Shown here piece by piece: positions 54,051-62,444 of a stretch of 64,000 nt of DNA. Positions within the stretch are counted from its first letter, which is position 1. The number at the start of each line of letters is the position of its first letter. The position numbers and the translations under genes were made by a program. Below the pieces are notes generated by a model. The model had not been told where the DNA came from. It saw only the letters and a list, made by a program, of their open reading frames with translations, and did not search any database. The DNA lies in IMG/VR virus record IMGVR_UViG_3300021130_000224, positions 32,001 through 96,000 of that record; one strand, written 5' to 3'. This DNA is from a virus.

Positions 54051-54494
54051 CTACCATTTCTTGATTTTTTTCATATTGACTCTAGTACGTTGTGTTTTAT
54101 TTTCTTTTGTCTCATTTCGATAAATTGTAATCAATTTATTATCCTCAACTCTTACCATAAATTCCTCTACCGGATACGTGCCATTACCCAGTGTACGGAT
54201 CATATTCAAAAGCTGTGGGGTCAAAATACGCTCTCTCATTTCATCTTCAGTCGCCGGTCCTATTCGTTGTGTATACCTGGCAATAAAGTGAGTTGTCAAC
54301 AAAATCTCTCTTCCCTCAAGGTATTCTATGCCCTTGTTAACTCCTACAAGCTTTTCATTTGTATTCTTAATCTCAGACTCGATTTTATCTTTGTCCTTAC
54401 CCAACTTCACAAGTCTTTCATTCAATTTATGTCGTTGAGCATAGAGACCACTGAGTCTTGACTCCTTCTTTTTCTTCTCATGCTCTTCTGCCAT
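54051..54494 (-). CDS. Coiled-coil protein with a possible RelE/BECR-like C-terminal domain
   Basis: N-terminal heptads; TTHFIARYTQRI ... VRVEDNKLITIY. Confidence 0.45.
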   Translation of the reverse strand: MAEEHEKKKKESRLSGLYAQRHKLNERLVKLGKDKDKIESEIKNTNEKLVGVNKGIEYLEGREILLTTHFIARYTQRIGPATEDEMRERILTPQLLNMIRTLGNGTYPVEEFMVRVEDNKLITIYRNETKENKTQRTRVNMKKIKKW

Positions 54495-55483
54495 TACTTG
54501 CCTCCTTTTATTTTTTCCATTACTTGTGTTTCAAGATCTGTAGCATAATCAGGATTATCTATTAAGAACTGTTTTACTTTATCCATACCTTGGAATTTAG
54601 TTTCACCTACAGTAAACCATGAACCACCTACCTTTATAAGATCAAATTCACATGCAAAGTCAATTAGTTCTTTTTGACGATCTACACCGGTACCCCAGTT
54701 GATATTGAACTCAGCCTTACCAAATGGGCAAGAACATTTATTTTTTATAACATCTACTGTAGTTTTATTCATTTCTTTTTCTATGTCATTACTTTTCCAT
54801 ACCTTATAACGAATATCACTATAGAATTTCCATGCATTTCCACCTGATGGCTTATCTCCACCATGTTGACTACCAATAGCAGATCTGAGTTGTGATACAC
54901 CTACCATTGTACAACGGTTTGGTTTTAGTAATGGTTTAATTTTACCAAGTGCAACACTATTAATACGAGCTTGTGCAGCAACTGTTGCATCTCCTACTTC
55001 ACCTGCAATAACTACTTTTGGTAAACCTGCAGTATGCGAATCAATAATTACAAATCTTACCTTACCTGTTCTAATCAAAGTCTCAATGATATTATAACCA
55101 TCTTCCATACAATCTGGCTGTATAATGGTAAGTCTATCTACATCTACACCAAGTGCCGTAGCATATGTTTTATCATATGAATGTTCATAATCTACTAATA
55201 AACACTCACCATCTAATTTTTGAAAACCTGAAGTCATGTGCAAACATAAAGTTGATTTTCCCGAACTCTCTGGACCAAATATCTCAATTAATTTACCAAC
55301 TGGATTACCACCAAGACCTGTAGCAATATCAAGACTTATTGAACCAGTTGTTACTACTTCAAGATCTTCTTTTACATCTTTACCATGAATGATAGTCCCA
55401 ATTCCATATCGAGCTTCTAATTTTTTAATTGTTTCTGCATACTTATCCTGTTCAGGATTTTCTTGCTTAGTTGCTTTTGCCAT
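54494..55483 (-). CDS. recA: RecA recombinase
   Basis: TGSISLDIATGLGG, Walker A GPESSGKS, IIDS, QAR, QLR, GGNAWKFYSDIR, KNK. Confidence 0.95.
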   Translation of the reverse strand: MAKATKQENPEQDKYAETIKKLEARYGIGTIIHGKDVKEDLEVVTTGSISLDIATGLGGNPVGKLIEIFGPESSGKSTLCLHMTSGFQKLDGECLLVDYEHSYDKTYATALGVDVDRLTIIQPDCMEDGYNIIETLIRTGKVRFVIIDSHTAGLPKVVIAGEVGDATVAAQARINSVALGKIKPLLKPNRCTMVGVSQLRSAIGSQHGGDKPSGGNAWKFYSDIRYKVWKSNDIEKEMNKTTVDVIKNKCSCPFGKAEFNINWGTGVDRQKELIDFACEFDLIKVGGSWFTVGETKFQGMDKVKQFLIDNPDYATDLETQVMEKIKGGK

Positions 55484-55497
55484 TGTTTTTAAAATTT

Positions 55498-55534
55498 AAA
55501 AGGGACATCTAAGTTACCTTAAAATGTCCCTTTT
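55498..55534 (-). terminator. Hairpin between the exonuclease gene and recA; its loop contains a promoter-like TAACTTAG
   Basis: aaaagggacat-N15-atgtccctttt inverted repeat. Confidence 0.45.
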
Positions 55535-55551
55535 TCCAAGTTATTTAATAT

Positions 55552-56637
55552 CTATTTCTCTTCGTAATTTAATGCTAATTGTATATAACCTTTAGCATCA
55601 TAAATTGTCTTTGAAGTTGCCCAATTGCCCGTATCAACGTGCCAGGCAATGTCACTCATCAACTCTTTCAAACCTCTGTATTCATAGCCCCTAAGTTTGA
55701 AACCATTCCAGCCGGCAATCAGATCATCTTGAGATAATCCAAGAACTACAGGATCAGCAAAACCTGATGTATCACAGAAAATGTACTTCATTGGTACAAT
55801 TGTGTAATTTTCCAGGCCATGTTCTTTTGCCCATTGACTTAATGCATAGTCATACAATGGAGCTTGCAGATAATATCCAAATTTCAGATATGCTCTTTGT
55901 GGCTCCTCATTGTCCCATGATGTCTTCCAGTCAAGTAATTCAATAGTTTTTGCATCATGGTTAACAATTACCTTGTCAAGCATTGACTTGTACGGTACAC
56001 TATCTATCTCGAAAAGAATAGTTAGTTCATTAAATACATCAATACCTTGAGCACTACGAGCATTTGCATACTGGTACGTATAGGAATGTCCCTGTAGCTT
56101 TTGTACTATCTGCTCTGCTTTTGTAACAAGGTTTACAGTTACTACTGATTTACCTATAGTCTGCAGTAACTCTTTATAATAAATCTCAGCATCACCCTCA
56201 AACATACCTACTATCTTATCAAGGTCTTTGCCTTTAAATGCTACTTCTTTACCGGTAACATCATACTTTACTTCTTGCACTGCATCTGTAAACAATATCT
56301 CAAACTTCTCAGTAACTACACCATCAACCATACTTTTAAGAGTACGTCTAAACAATGCATCAACCAACTCTTTTAGTTGACCTTTAGGTTCGACCACGCT
56401 GATCATATGAAATTTTTCATCAAATGGTTGCCCTGCCAATAAACAATGCACCAGACTACCCATCAAGGTAGATGCTGATTCTGTTTCTTTTCTTGGTTCT
56501 CCAAGAATAGCTTCGTGAAAAAATCTTTTTCTATCATTATCAAATAGCTTTATAGAACTATATGACAATCTATCTTTTAAACCACGATATTGTTTCTCAG
56601 ATAACTGTGTACTCTCTACTCTTGCTTGTAGTTCCAT
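55552..56637 (-). CDS. RecE/exonuclease VIII-like PD-(D/E)XK nuclease (DUF3799-like)
   Basis: LSYSSIK, GSLVHCLL, KSMLDKV..LLDWKTS, GYYLQAPLY; adjacent to recA. Confidence 0.75.
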   Translation of the reverse strand: MELQARVESTQLSEKQYRGLKDRLSYSSIKLFDNDRKRFFHEAILGEPRKETESASTLMGSLVHCLLAGQPFDEKFHMISVVEPKGQLKELVDALFRRTLKSMVDGVVTEKFEILFTDAVQEVKYDVTGKEVAFKGKDLDKIVGMFEGDAEIYYKELLQTIGKSVVTVNLVTKAEQIVQKLQGHSYTYQYANARSAQGIDVFNELTILFEIDSVPYKSMLDKVIVNHDAKTIELLDWKTSWDNEEPQRAYLKFGYYLQAPLYDYALSQWAKEHGLENYTIVPMKYIFCDTSGFADPVVLGLSQDDLIAGWNGFKLRGYEYRGLKELMSDIAWHVDTGNWATSKTIYDAKGYIQLALNYEEK

Positions 56638-57176
56638 TATTTACTTTTTTGTTGGTTTTTGTAATGTTCAGATGCTCTTTCTATGTCATCTAATATTTCT
56701 TGTTCTCTATCTGGAAGATCTTGGTATTGCATTAGTTCCAATACAAATTTTAATTTACCATCTCTTACAGCTTTATCTCCATACCATATATAAGATGGGT
56801 TTACATGATACCTTGCACATCTTTTGCAGTTGTGCTTAACTAAAAACCCTTTTGCTGTTAAAGAACTAATTGATTTTTCAACTGCTGAATAGCTAAATCC
56901 TACATACTCTGCTGCTTTCTGTTTATAGTACTTATCTAGCATTATGATACTGTCATTGTAATTCATATTGTCAGATATCCAATTCATTAGTTTAACATCA
57001 ACAAGACTATCTAAACCATTCATGAATGCTGATATATGGTGAAACATCAGTAAAAATTTAGCATTGTCTTCCTCTACTATTTGAAACTTTTTTTGTGCTG
57101 TATAATGTTCACCATGTTTAGTTATTGCATCTACATTATCCACTCTTATTTGTTTTAAAAACGGTTTCCTGTCCAT
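56637..57176 (-). CDS. RepL-like winged-HTH DNA-binding/replication protein 1
   Basis: KAAEYVGFSYSAVEKSISSLTAKGFL...YHVNPSYIWYG, the RepL-type Y-x-x-NP signature. Confidence 0.65.
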   Translation of the reverse strand: MDRKPFLKQIRVDNVDAITKHGEHYTAQKKFQIVEEDNAKFLLMFHHISAFMNGLDSLVDVKLMNWISDNMNYNDSIIMLDKYYKQKAAEYVGFSYSAVEKSISSLTAKGFLVKHNCKRCARYHVNPSYIWYGDKAVRDGKLKFVLELMQYQDLPDREQEILDDIERASEHYKNQQKSK

Positions 57177-57262
57177 TAGTGTATATATTTTACGCTAAGG
57201 TACTAATTTATATTCTTATTAGCACATTTTATTTACGGTACTACACTATTATTTTTATGTTT

Positions 57263-57368
57263 GTACTATTTTGAGAGATGGTAAAAATAAAATAACTATC
57301 CCTGAAAATAGTTAAGAATGTACCTAACTATTCTGTAGACACCCTTTAACTATTTTGAGAGATAGTTA
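57263..57368. repeat. Array of 22-bp palindromic boxes TAACTAT-N8-ATAGTTA
   Basis: Perfect boxes at 57293-57314 and 57347-57368; degenerate copy at 57263-57284; half-site at 57325. Confidence 0.75.
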
Positions 57369-57431
57369 TTTAGTACTCAAAGCCTTACCAGTGGCTTATT
57401 CCACTATATCTATTCTATAACTTTACCACCT

Positions 57432-57812
57432 TTATAAGAAAAGAGGTTTAAGATCTACCTTTACATAAGTAGGAGGCTTTATTATTTTACCGTCCTCCCT
57501 ACGAATAGGTCTTCCATTCTCGTCCAGTTTACTCATGTTAGATGCGTGTACCAGATCCCACATCTCTTCCATTTTGTCTATAAGACCGTATTCACATGCC
57601 GTACCTAACAGTACATACATGATATCAATCAAAGCATCTGCTACTTCTACAATATCACCATCAATATTTGCTACTTTTAATTCATCAAGCTCTTCTTGTA
57701 GTAGTCTTTCACGAAGATGTTGAATTGGTTTTGCCGGCATTGTTGGTACCGGGAGCACATTGCATTCAAATGCTGTTTGAAATGCTTTGATGTCTGCTAT
57801 CTGTTTTTTCAT
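57432..57812 (-). CDS. MazG-like NTP pyrophosphohydrolase (DR2231-like dUTPase)
   Basis: LQEELDEL...EVADALIDIMYV...VHASNMSK..R.DGKI.KP; start reassigned to the TAATG-coupled ATG at 57812. Confidence 0.8.
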   Translation of the reverse strand: MKKQIADIKAFQTAFECNVLPVPTMPAKPIQHLRERLLQEELDELKVANIDGDIVEVADALIDIMYVLLGTACEYGLIDKMEEMWDLVHASNMSKLDENGRPIRREDGKIIKPPTYVKVDLKPLFL

Positions 57813-58420
57813 TATTGATTTGTTAAAGTGTCTAAATATTCTTCTAATGTTCTCACCTTCCAATGAATTACTCTTTGCTTACCGGTAGCAGTTTTTAAAT
57901 AAGCAGTTGGAGTGAATGTTTCCTCAAAAAGTTTATGAGGTTGTACCAGATTTACAAATTTACTGTGCTCTTGATACATCCACTTTTGGTTAATCTTAAA
58001 CAACCTTGTCATATTGTGATGATCAAAGTTTGGTTTTACTTCTATGTAAGAGGTTAAATTATCTAAATCAGAATAGTTTCCCATAAAAGGCTGGGTAATT
58101 TTTGTATTGTATTGTCCCATGTTAGTCATAAGAATATACAATGCTTTTTCTGTCCAATTAACTTTAAACTCAGGAGTATAAACATGTTCTTCAAGAAGTA
58201 CCTGATTCTTTTCAACTTGTTTGATTTTTGTTTTCATTTCTACTAACTGAGTGTATTTATTTTGCACTTTTTCAGATAATAAAAATGTCTCAGCTCTTTC
58301 TATACTTTTTACATATCCAGCTTCTATAAGCTCCTCAAAGTACATAACAGCCATTTGTTCCTCAATACTATCAATTTGTATTCCGTTATAATACTGCTGT
58401 TCTTTTTTAGCTTTGCTCAC
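57812..58420 (-). CDS. DUF1064-like PD-(D/E)XK endonuclease/resolvase
   Basis: GIQIDSIEE...YTPEF...YIEVKP...FKINQKW. Confidence 0.6.
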   Translation of the reverse strand: MSKAKKEQQYYNGIQIDSIEEQMAVMYFEELIEAGYVKSIERAETFLLSEKVQNKYTQLVEMKTKIKQVEKNQVLLEEHVYTPEFKVNWTEKALYILMTNMGQYNTKITQPFMGNYSDLDNLTSYIEVKPNFDHHNMTRLFKINQKWMYQEHSKFVNLVQPHKLFEETFTPTAYLKTATGKQRVIHWKVRTLEEYLDTLTNQ

Positions 58421-58658
58421 TCTCTGTTGTTTTTTCTGCTGTTAACAATTTAAGAAAGTTATCTGCTCCTGTGTTTGCAATTTGTATTATATCGTAGTGA
58501 GATACTTCTTCTAAAGATTTTGGTATCTCTTTTACATATTGATCATAAATACACATTGCAATATTTGCTTTCCATGATTCCCAATATCCCGGGTCTTCTT
58601 TCAGAGCTTTTGATAGATACTCTACAGCAATAGCTGTTGTTATTTTGTTCTGTTGCAT
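58407..58658 (-). CDS. Hypothetical protein
   Basis: 83 aa; LKEDPGYWESWKANIAM...A.NFL.LL. Confidence 0.6.
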   Translation of the reverse strand: MQQNKITTAIAVEYLSKALKEDPGYWESWKANIAMCIYDQYVKEIPKSLEEVSHYDIIQIANTGADNFLKLLTAEKTTESEQS

Positions 58659-58691
58659 TTTAATTAAGTCTATTTATCATTTGTAAATTCT

Positions 58692-58958
58692 TTACCATCC
58701 TTTATATTTTTCATAATCAGGGTGTGATTTTATTTCCTCTATGCTATCCTCAAGATCAATTTGCTTAGGATTACTTTGTACTATAGGTTGATACTGTCTC
58801 TTTAAAGAGACCATTATAGCTTCTGCCATATTTGCCAGGTGTATCTCATCAACTTCTTCACCTCTTGCTTCTCCTACAAAAGTAACTAAAGCATCAAATA
58901 GAACTCCCTTTGTTTCAGGGAGTTCTAATAATGCTAACTTCTTTTTATTGCTTATCAT
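58692..58958 (-). CDS. Hypothetical protein
   Basis: 88-aa ORF in the co-oriented run. Confidence 0.55.
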   Translation of the reverse strand: MISNKKKLALLELPETKGVLFDALVTFVGEARGEEVDEIHLANMAEAIMVSLKRQYQPIVQSNPKQIDLEDSIEEIKSHPDYEKYKGW

Positions 58959-58963
58959 TAGCT

Positions 58964-59509
58964 TTAATCTTTTATGTTTTTAACTTTTACTTTAGTAGGA
59001 TACTTTTTTATTCTACTGCCGGCAAACATTAGTATTGGATTTACCCAATAAGTATACTTGTAAATAGTGGGAGTAATGTAACCCTGTGTTATCAACTCAT
59101 CAATAGCTCTTTTGTACGTATTTCTACTACCCTTCTCTGACTTCTTTTGGTATGTCTCTGGTGTTACCCTTAACCAGTCTTTAGATCCCTCCATTGTGTA
59201 TGCCATGTATACAAGCATTCTAAGTGCACCAGATGACAACTCCATTGCTTTTTCCTTGCTTCCTGGATAGTGGTATAACTTTGTAGCTTTTTGTCTTTCT
59301 ACAAAATGGTGAGCAGGTAGCATTACACCATCCTCATCTTTTATTAGGATCCCTTCATCCATTACTTTAGTAGCTTCTACTATCAGTTCTTGTGCAAAAG
59401 GATTGGTAACTAACTTACTCTCATCTATTGGTGGTAATTTCCTACTCATTTCTGTCAGATTTTGTACAAATTTACCACATTCTTCTATATTAACCAACTT
59501 TTCATCCAT
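58964..59509 (-). CDS. RepL-like winged-HTH DNA-binding/replication protein 2
   Basis: ELSSGALRMLVYM...SRNTYKRAIDELITQGYI...YWVNPILMFAGSR. Confidence 0.65.
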   Translation of the reverse strand: MDEKLVNIEECGKFVQNLTEMSRKLPPIDESKLVTNPFAQELIVEATKVMDEGILIKDEDGVMLPAHHFVERQKATKLYHYPGSKEKAMELSSGALRMLVYMAYTMEGSKDWLRVTPETYQKKSEKGSRNTYKRAIDELITQGYITPTIYKYTYWVNPILMFAGSRIKKYPTKVKVKNIKD

Positions 59510-59558
59510 TTTTGTACATATTTATGTTCTGTATTTTTGTACATTTTCTGACATACTA

Positions 59559-59700
59559 TAAATCCTTTGAAACCCTTGTCTGTATTGGTTTTCAGGCTAT
59601 TGGTGTACTAAACACTCTTGCGGTAGGTAGTGCTACCAATATAGTGTAGTATACGTTTTTAGTCTGAAACCCTTTGTGGGTATAGGTTTCAAAGAATTTA
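59559..59700. repeat. 142-bp imperfect inverted repeat with two 41-bp arms, each containing a TGAAACC-N13-GGTTTCA-type dyad
   Basis: Arm L 59559-59599 and the reverse complement of arm R 59660-59700 align without gaps and match at both ends. Confidence 0.7.
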
Positions 59701-59723
59701 TAAGCAGTCAGTTTTTGAACAGA

Positions 59724-60728
59724 TTACCAGTTAATCCACTCAAGACTTCTAGCCATGTTATGTACCTCATCCATCTTAATGGTGTGACAACCCACTTTGA
59801 TATGTTCCTCAGTTATCTCTGTTACATTGTACGTATCAAGCAGTTTATAGTTACAGCATTCTTCTGAGTTACATCCACCTTTAGCAAGAATTACCTGTAT
59901 GTATCTGTAGAATTTCTTAGCTGCTTCTACCGGTATCTCAACTCTTTGTGATGTTTGCACCCTTTCTTTCATAGGGTCGTATCTAAGAAGATCTGGTAGG
60001 TTTCTGTATGTACTGCTCCATCTCATTCTTTTACTTACTTCCAGGTAAGGGGAATTAACTTCAAAGTTTCTCCACTTTACTATTTGTTCTGCATTTTTCT
60101 TGAGTTCAGCTTTTTCCCTTGCTAACCTTGCTTTTTCCCTTTTCTCTTCTATAAAAGGATCAGCTTCTTTCTCTGCTTTCTTCTTGTTGTACTCCTCTAT
60201 TTCTCTCTGCCATTTATCATCTAAAGCATCAGCTACAACTTTCTTTATTTCTTTATCTGCTTTAAGTTTAAAGAACTCCATGTACTTCTGTAACTTTTGT
60301 ACATGACCATGTGCTTCAGATATTATCCAACTTTTATTTTCTCTTGCTTTAGATGCTTTTTGTAGACACTCTTTTATCTTACCTATCCAATAGCTAATGT
60401 TATTACCATGATTAGTTTCATCATATCTAGGTACATTATACATATACAGTCTATCAAGCTGTATAGTAGCAGCACTTACATTTCTAATATGCTTTGCAGT
60501 TGTGTTACTATAAGTATCTAATGTAAAGAAGATAGTTACCTTACCTTTCTTATCTATATATCTTTTAGCTATAGGAAAGTGATAATTATAACTATATATA
60601 ACATCATTTTCTACAAACCCATTACCAAACTTACAATCTCTACCTGGTTCATTAGCAAAGATGTGTGCAATATCATACATGTTGCTAAATACCTTCTTTA
60701 CTCTTTTTGTTTTTGTTTCTGTGCCCAT
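59724..60728 (-). CDS. Hypothetical phage protein
   Basis: 334 aa; IYSYNYHFPIA..YSNTTAKH, central coiled coil, TSQRVEIP, IKVGCHTI. Confidence 0.65.
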   Translation of the reverse strand: MGTETKTKRVKKVFSNMYDIAHIFANEPGRDCKFGNGFVENDVIYSYNYHFPIAKRYIDKKGKVTIFFTLDTYSNTTAKHIRNVSAATIQLDRLYMYNVPRYDETNHGNNISYWIGKIKECLQKASKARENKSWIISEAHGHVQKLQKYMEFFKLKADKEIKKVVADALDDKWQREIEEYNKKKAEKEADPFIEEKREKARLAREKAELKKNAEQIVKWRNFEVNSPYLEVSKRMRWSSTYRNLPDLLRYDPMKERVQTSQRVEIPVEAAKKFYRYIQVILAKGGCNSEECCNYKLLDTYNVTEITEEHIKVGCHTIKMDEVHNMARSLEWINW

Positions 60729-61411
60729 AATGCTAATTCTATTTGAATGCCTAACAATAAATCTCTCTTATGTTTCTTTTCTGCTTGATGATCAATTATG
60801 CTTTTACACTCTTTGATCATGTCTTCTTTTCCATCATCCCCATACCAACCAGAGCAAGATTCTATTTCATTGCCATCTGAATCTTCAATTTCAAATCTAT
60901 ACACTTCACCTGTAAGATAGTTGTCATAAACTTCTACCTCACCTTCCATGTATTTCATTGCTTGTTCAGGTGTCCATCCTTCTTTCTCGATACTTTCTTT
61001 GGTCATGTATATATAACCAATCTGGCCAGAATCCCACGGACAACCAAAAGAACCCATAGAGATAGTAATACCACTATGATCATAGAGATAGAGGGAACTT
61101 ATAATTGTTCCCTTTTCTTCTATTAATTTAAAAAGCTGATCTCTAGTCATATCATCCCATGTACCAGTTTTCTCATGCTCCTGCTCTTGGTATTCATTTC
61201 TATCAACACCTGCCAACTCATATAACAAATCAATTGACTCTTCGTACTTATTGCTTATGGGACGGCTATTTTGCAAATCACCAAGATTATACCTTCTATG
61301 CCAACATACCATTACAGCAGCATTATCGCAATCAATACGTGGATTCATTGGATCTTCATCATAATCTATGTTGATTGTATATCCTTTGTACTCTTCTGTA
61401 TCCTGGCTCAT
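60698..61411 (-). CDS. Acidic hypothetical protein of a family common in phage/MGE early regions
   Basis: LYLYDHSGITIS..WDSGQIGYI...YLTGEVY..ESCSGWYG. Confidence 0.65.
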   Translation of the reverse strand: MSQDTEEYKGYTINIDYDEDPMNPRIDCDNAAVMVCWHRRYNLGDLQNSRPISNKYEESIDLLYELAGVDRNEYQEQEHEKTGTWDDMTRDQLFKLIEEKGTIISSLYLYDHSGITISMGSFGCPWDSGQIGYIYMTKESIEKEGWTPEQAMKYMEGEVEVYDNYLTGEVYRFEIEDSDGNEIESCSGWYGDDGKEDMIKECKSIIDHQAEKKHKRDLLLGIQIELALWAQKQKQKE

Positions 61412-61413
61412 AA

Positions 61414-61575
61414 CTATTTTATTAATGTTAAGATCTCTTCGTAAACTGCTAATCTTTCTTGTATCTTGATTACCTGATCTCTGGTAGATCTTTTGTTATC
61501 TTGTATAAACAACTTCATAAACTTTCTTTCTTGTGCTGTCCAATACTTGATCTTCTTTTCGATTTCTTGTTTCAT
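61414..61575 (-). CDS. Small hypothetical protein (53 aa) missing from the ORF track
   Basis: MKQEIEKKIKYWTAQERKFMKLFIQDNKRSTRDQVIKIQERLAVYEEILTLIK*; ATG overlaps the upstream TAA and the ORF fills the gap. Confidence 0.6.
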   Translation of the reverse strand: MKQEIEKKIKYWTAQERKFMKLFIQDNKRSTRDQVIKIQERLAVYEEILTLIK

Positions 61576-62033
61576 TATTTATCGGTTTTAAATTTTTCCA
61601 TAATTTCTTCTTTCTCATCAACACAGTTGTCATGCCATGCATCTTCAAGCTGATCCTCAAGGTCTTTGCAATCATCTATTTTTAAATCAGGAAACAAACT
61701 TTTCTGCTCTTCTACACTAAGATCAAAAAACCAATCATTTACTGGTCCTTCATTAGATATAACATATTCTTCACTATCATCCATCCAACTTTCTTCGGTA
61801 ATTAAATATCCTAAACGATTTACCCAGTGATAACCTGCTGTTATACCATACCAACCACTACAATCAATAACTGTCCATACTTTATTTCCTTTTACTTGTT
61901 CAAGTACATACTCAAGTTCTTCACCATGTGTCTCAAACATACACCCATCAAAAGATGCATGCTTATCAAGGTGGTTTTTTACCAGTGTATACTTCTTTTC
62001 AAAGTCATCAATGATCATTTTTTTCTGTTCCAT
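61575..62033 (-). CDS. Acidic hypothetical protein
   Basis: MFETHGEELEYV..VWTVID..AGYHWVNRLGYLITE. Confidence 0.65.
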   Translation of the reverse strand: MEQKKMIIDDFEKKYTLVKNHLDKHASFDGCMFETHGEELEYVLEQVKGNKVWTVIDCSGWYGITAGYHWVNRLGYLITEESWMDDSEEYVISNEGPVNDWFFDLSVEEQKSLFPDLKIDDCKDLEDQLEDAWHDNCVDEKEEIMEKFKTDK

Positions 62034-62248
62034 TATGGATAAATTGTTTCTTCAATAAATATTCTCTCTGTTTCGTAGTTTTCAGAAAGTTTTTCTTCCA
62101 GCATATCTGCATAAGAACTATCGTCTGGTTCATCTTGAGAATAAATTTCTTCCCATGTAGATTTTACAACATCTTCATCTGCTGTTGTATAAATTAATCC
62201 CATTGGTTCACCATCTGGATCTACAATTTGATACAATTTTTTACTCAT
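62033..62248 (-). CDS. Small acidic hypothetical protein
   Basis: 71 aa, very D/E-rich, TAATG-coupled. Confidence 0.55.
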   Translation of the reverse strand: MSKKLYQIVDPDGEPMGLIYTTADEDVVKSTWEEIYSQDEPDDSSYADMLEEKLSENYETERIFIEETIYP

Positions 62249-62444
62249 TTTCTGTTGATTTTTTAATGTTATTAAGTTCTAATAGAAAAACCCTATAATC
62301 CTTGATAGTCATATAGGGTTCTTCTTTTATTAGTTTATCTAACTGTTTCTCCGGAAGATGTTCTAATCCTTCCAAGGTAATTGCAACTCCTCTGCACTTT
62401 TCAGTGGTTCCTTGTTTGTGTTCAATAATTTTGGTTTTTCGCAT
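62241..62444 (-). CDS. Small hypothetical protein
   Basis: 67 aa; overlaps the end of ung and the start of the next gene. Confidence 0.45.
   Translation of the reverse strand: MRKTKIIEHKQGTTEKCRGVAITLEGLEHLPEKQLDKLIKEEPYMTIKDYRVFLLELNNIKKSTENE

Noticed and set aside
57263-57368. Mini-CRISPR array
   Set aside because: The repeats are short dyads in mixed orientation with irregular spacing, and no cas genes are present.
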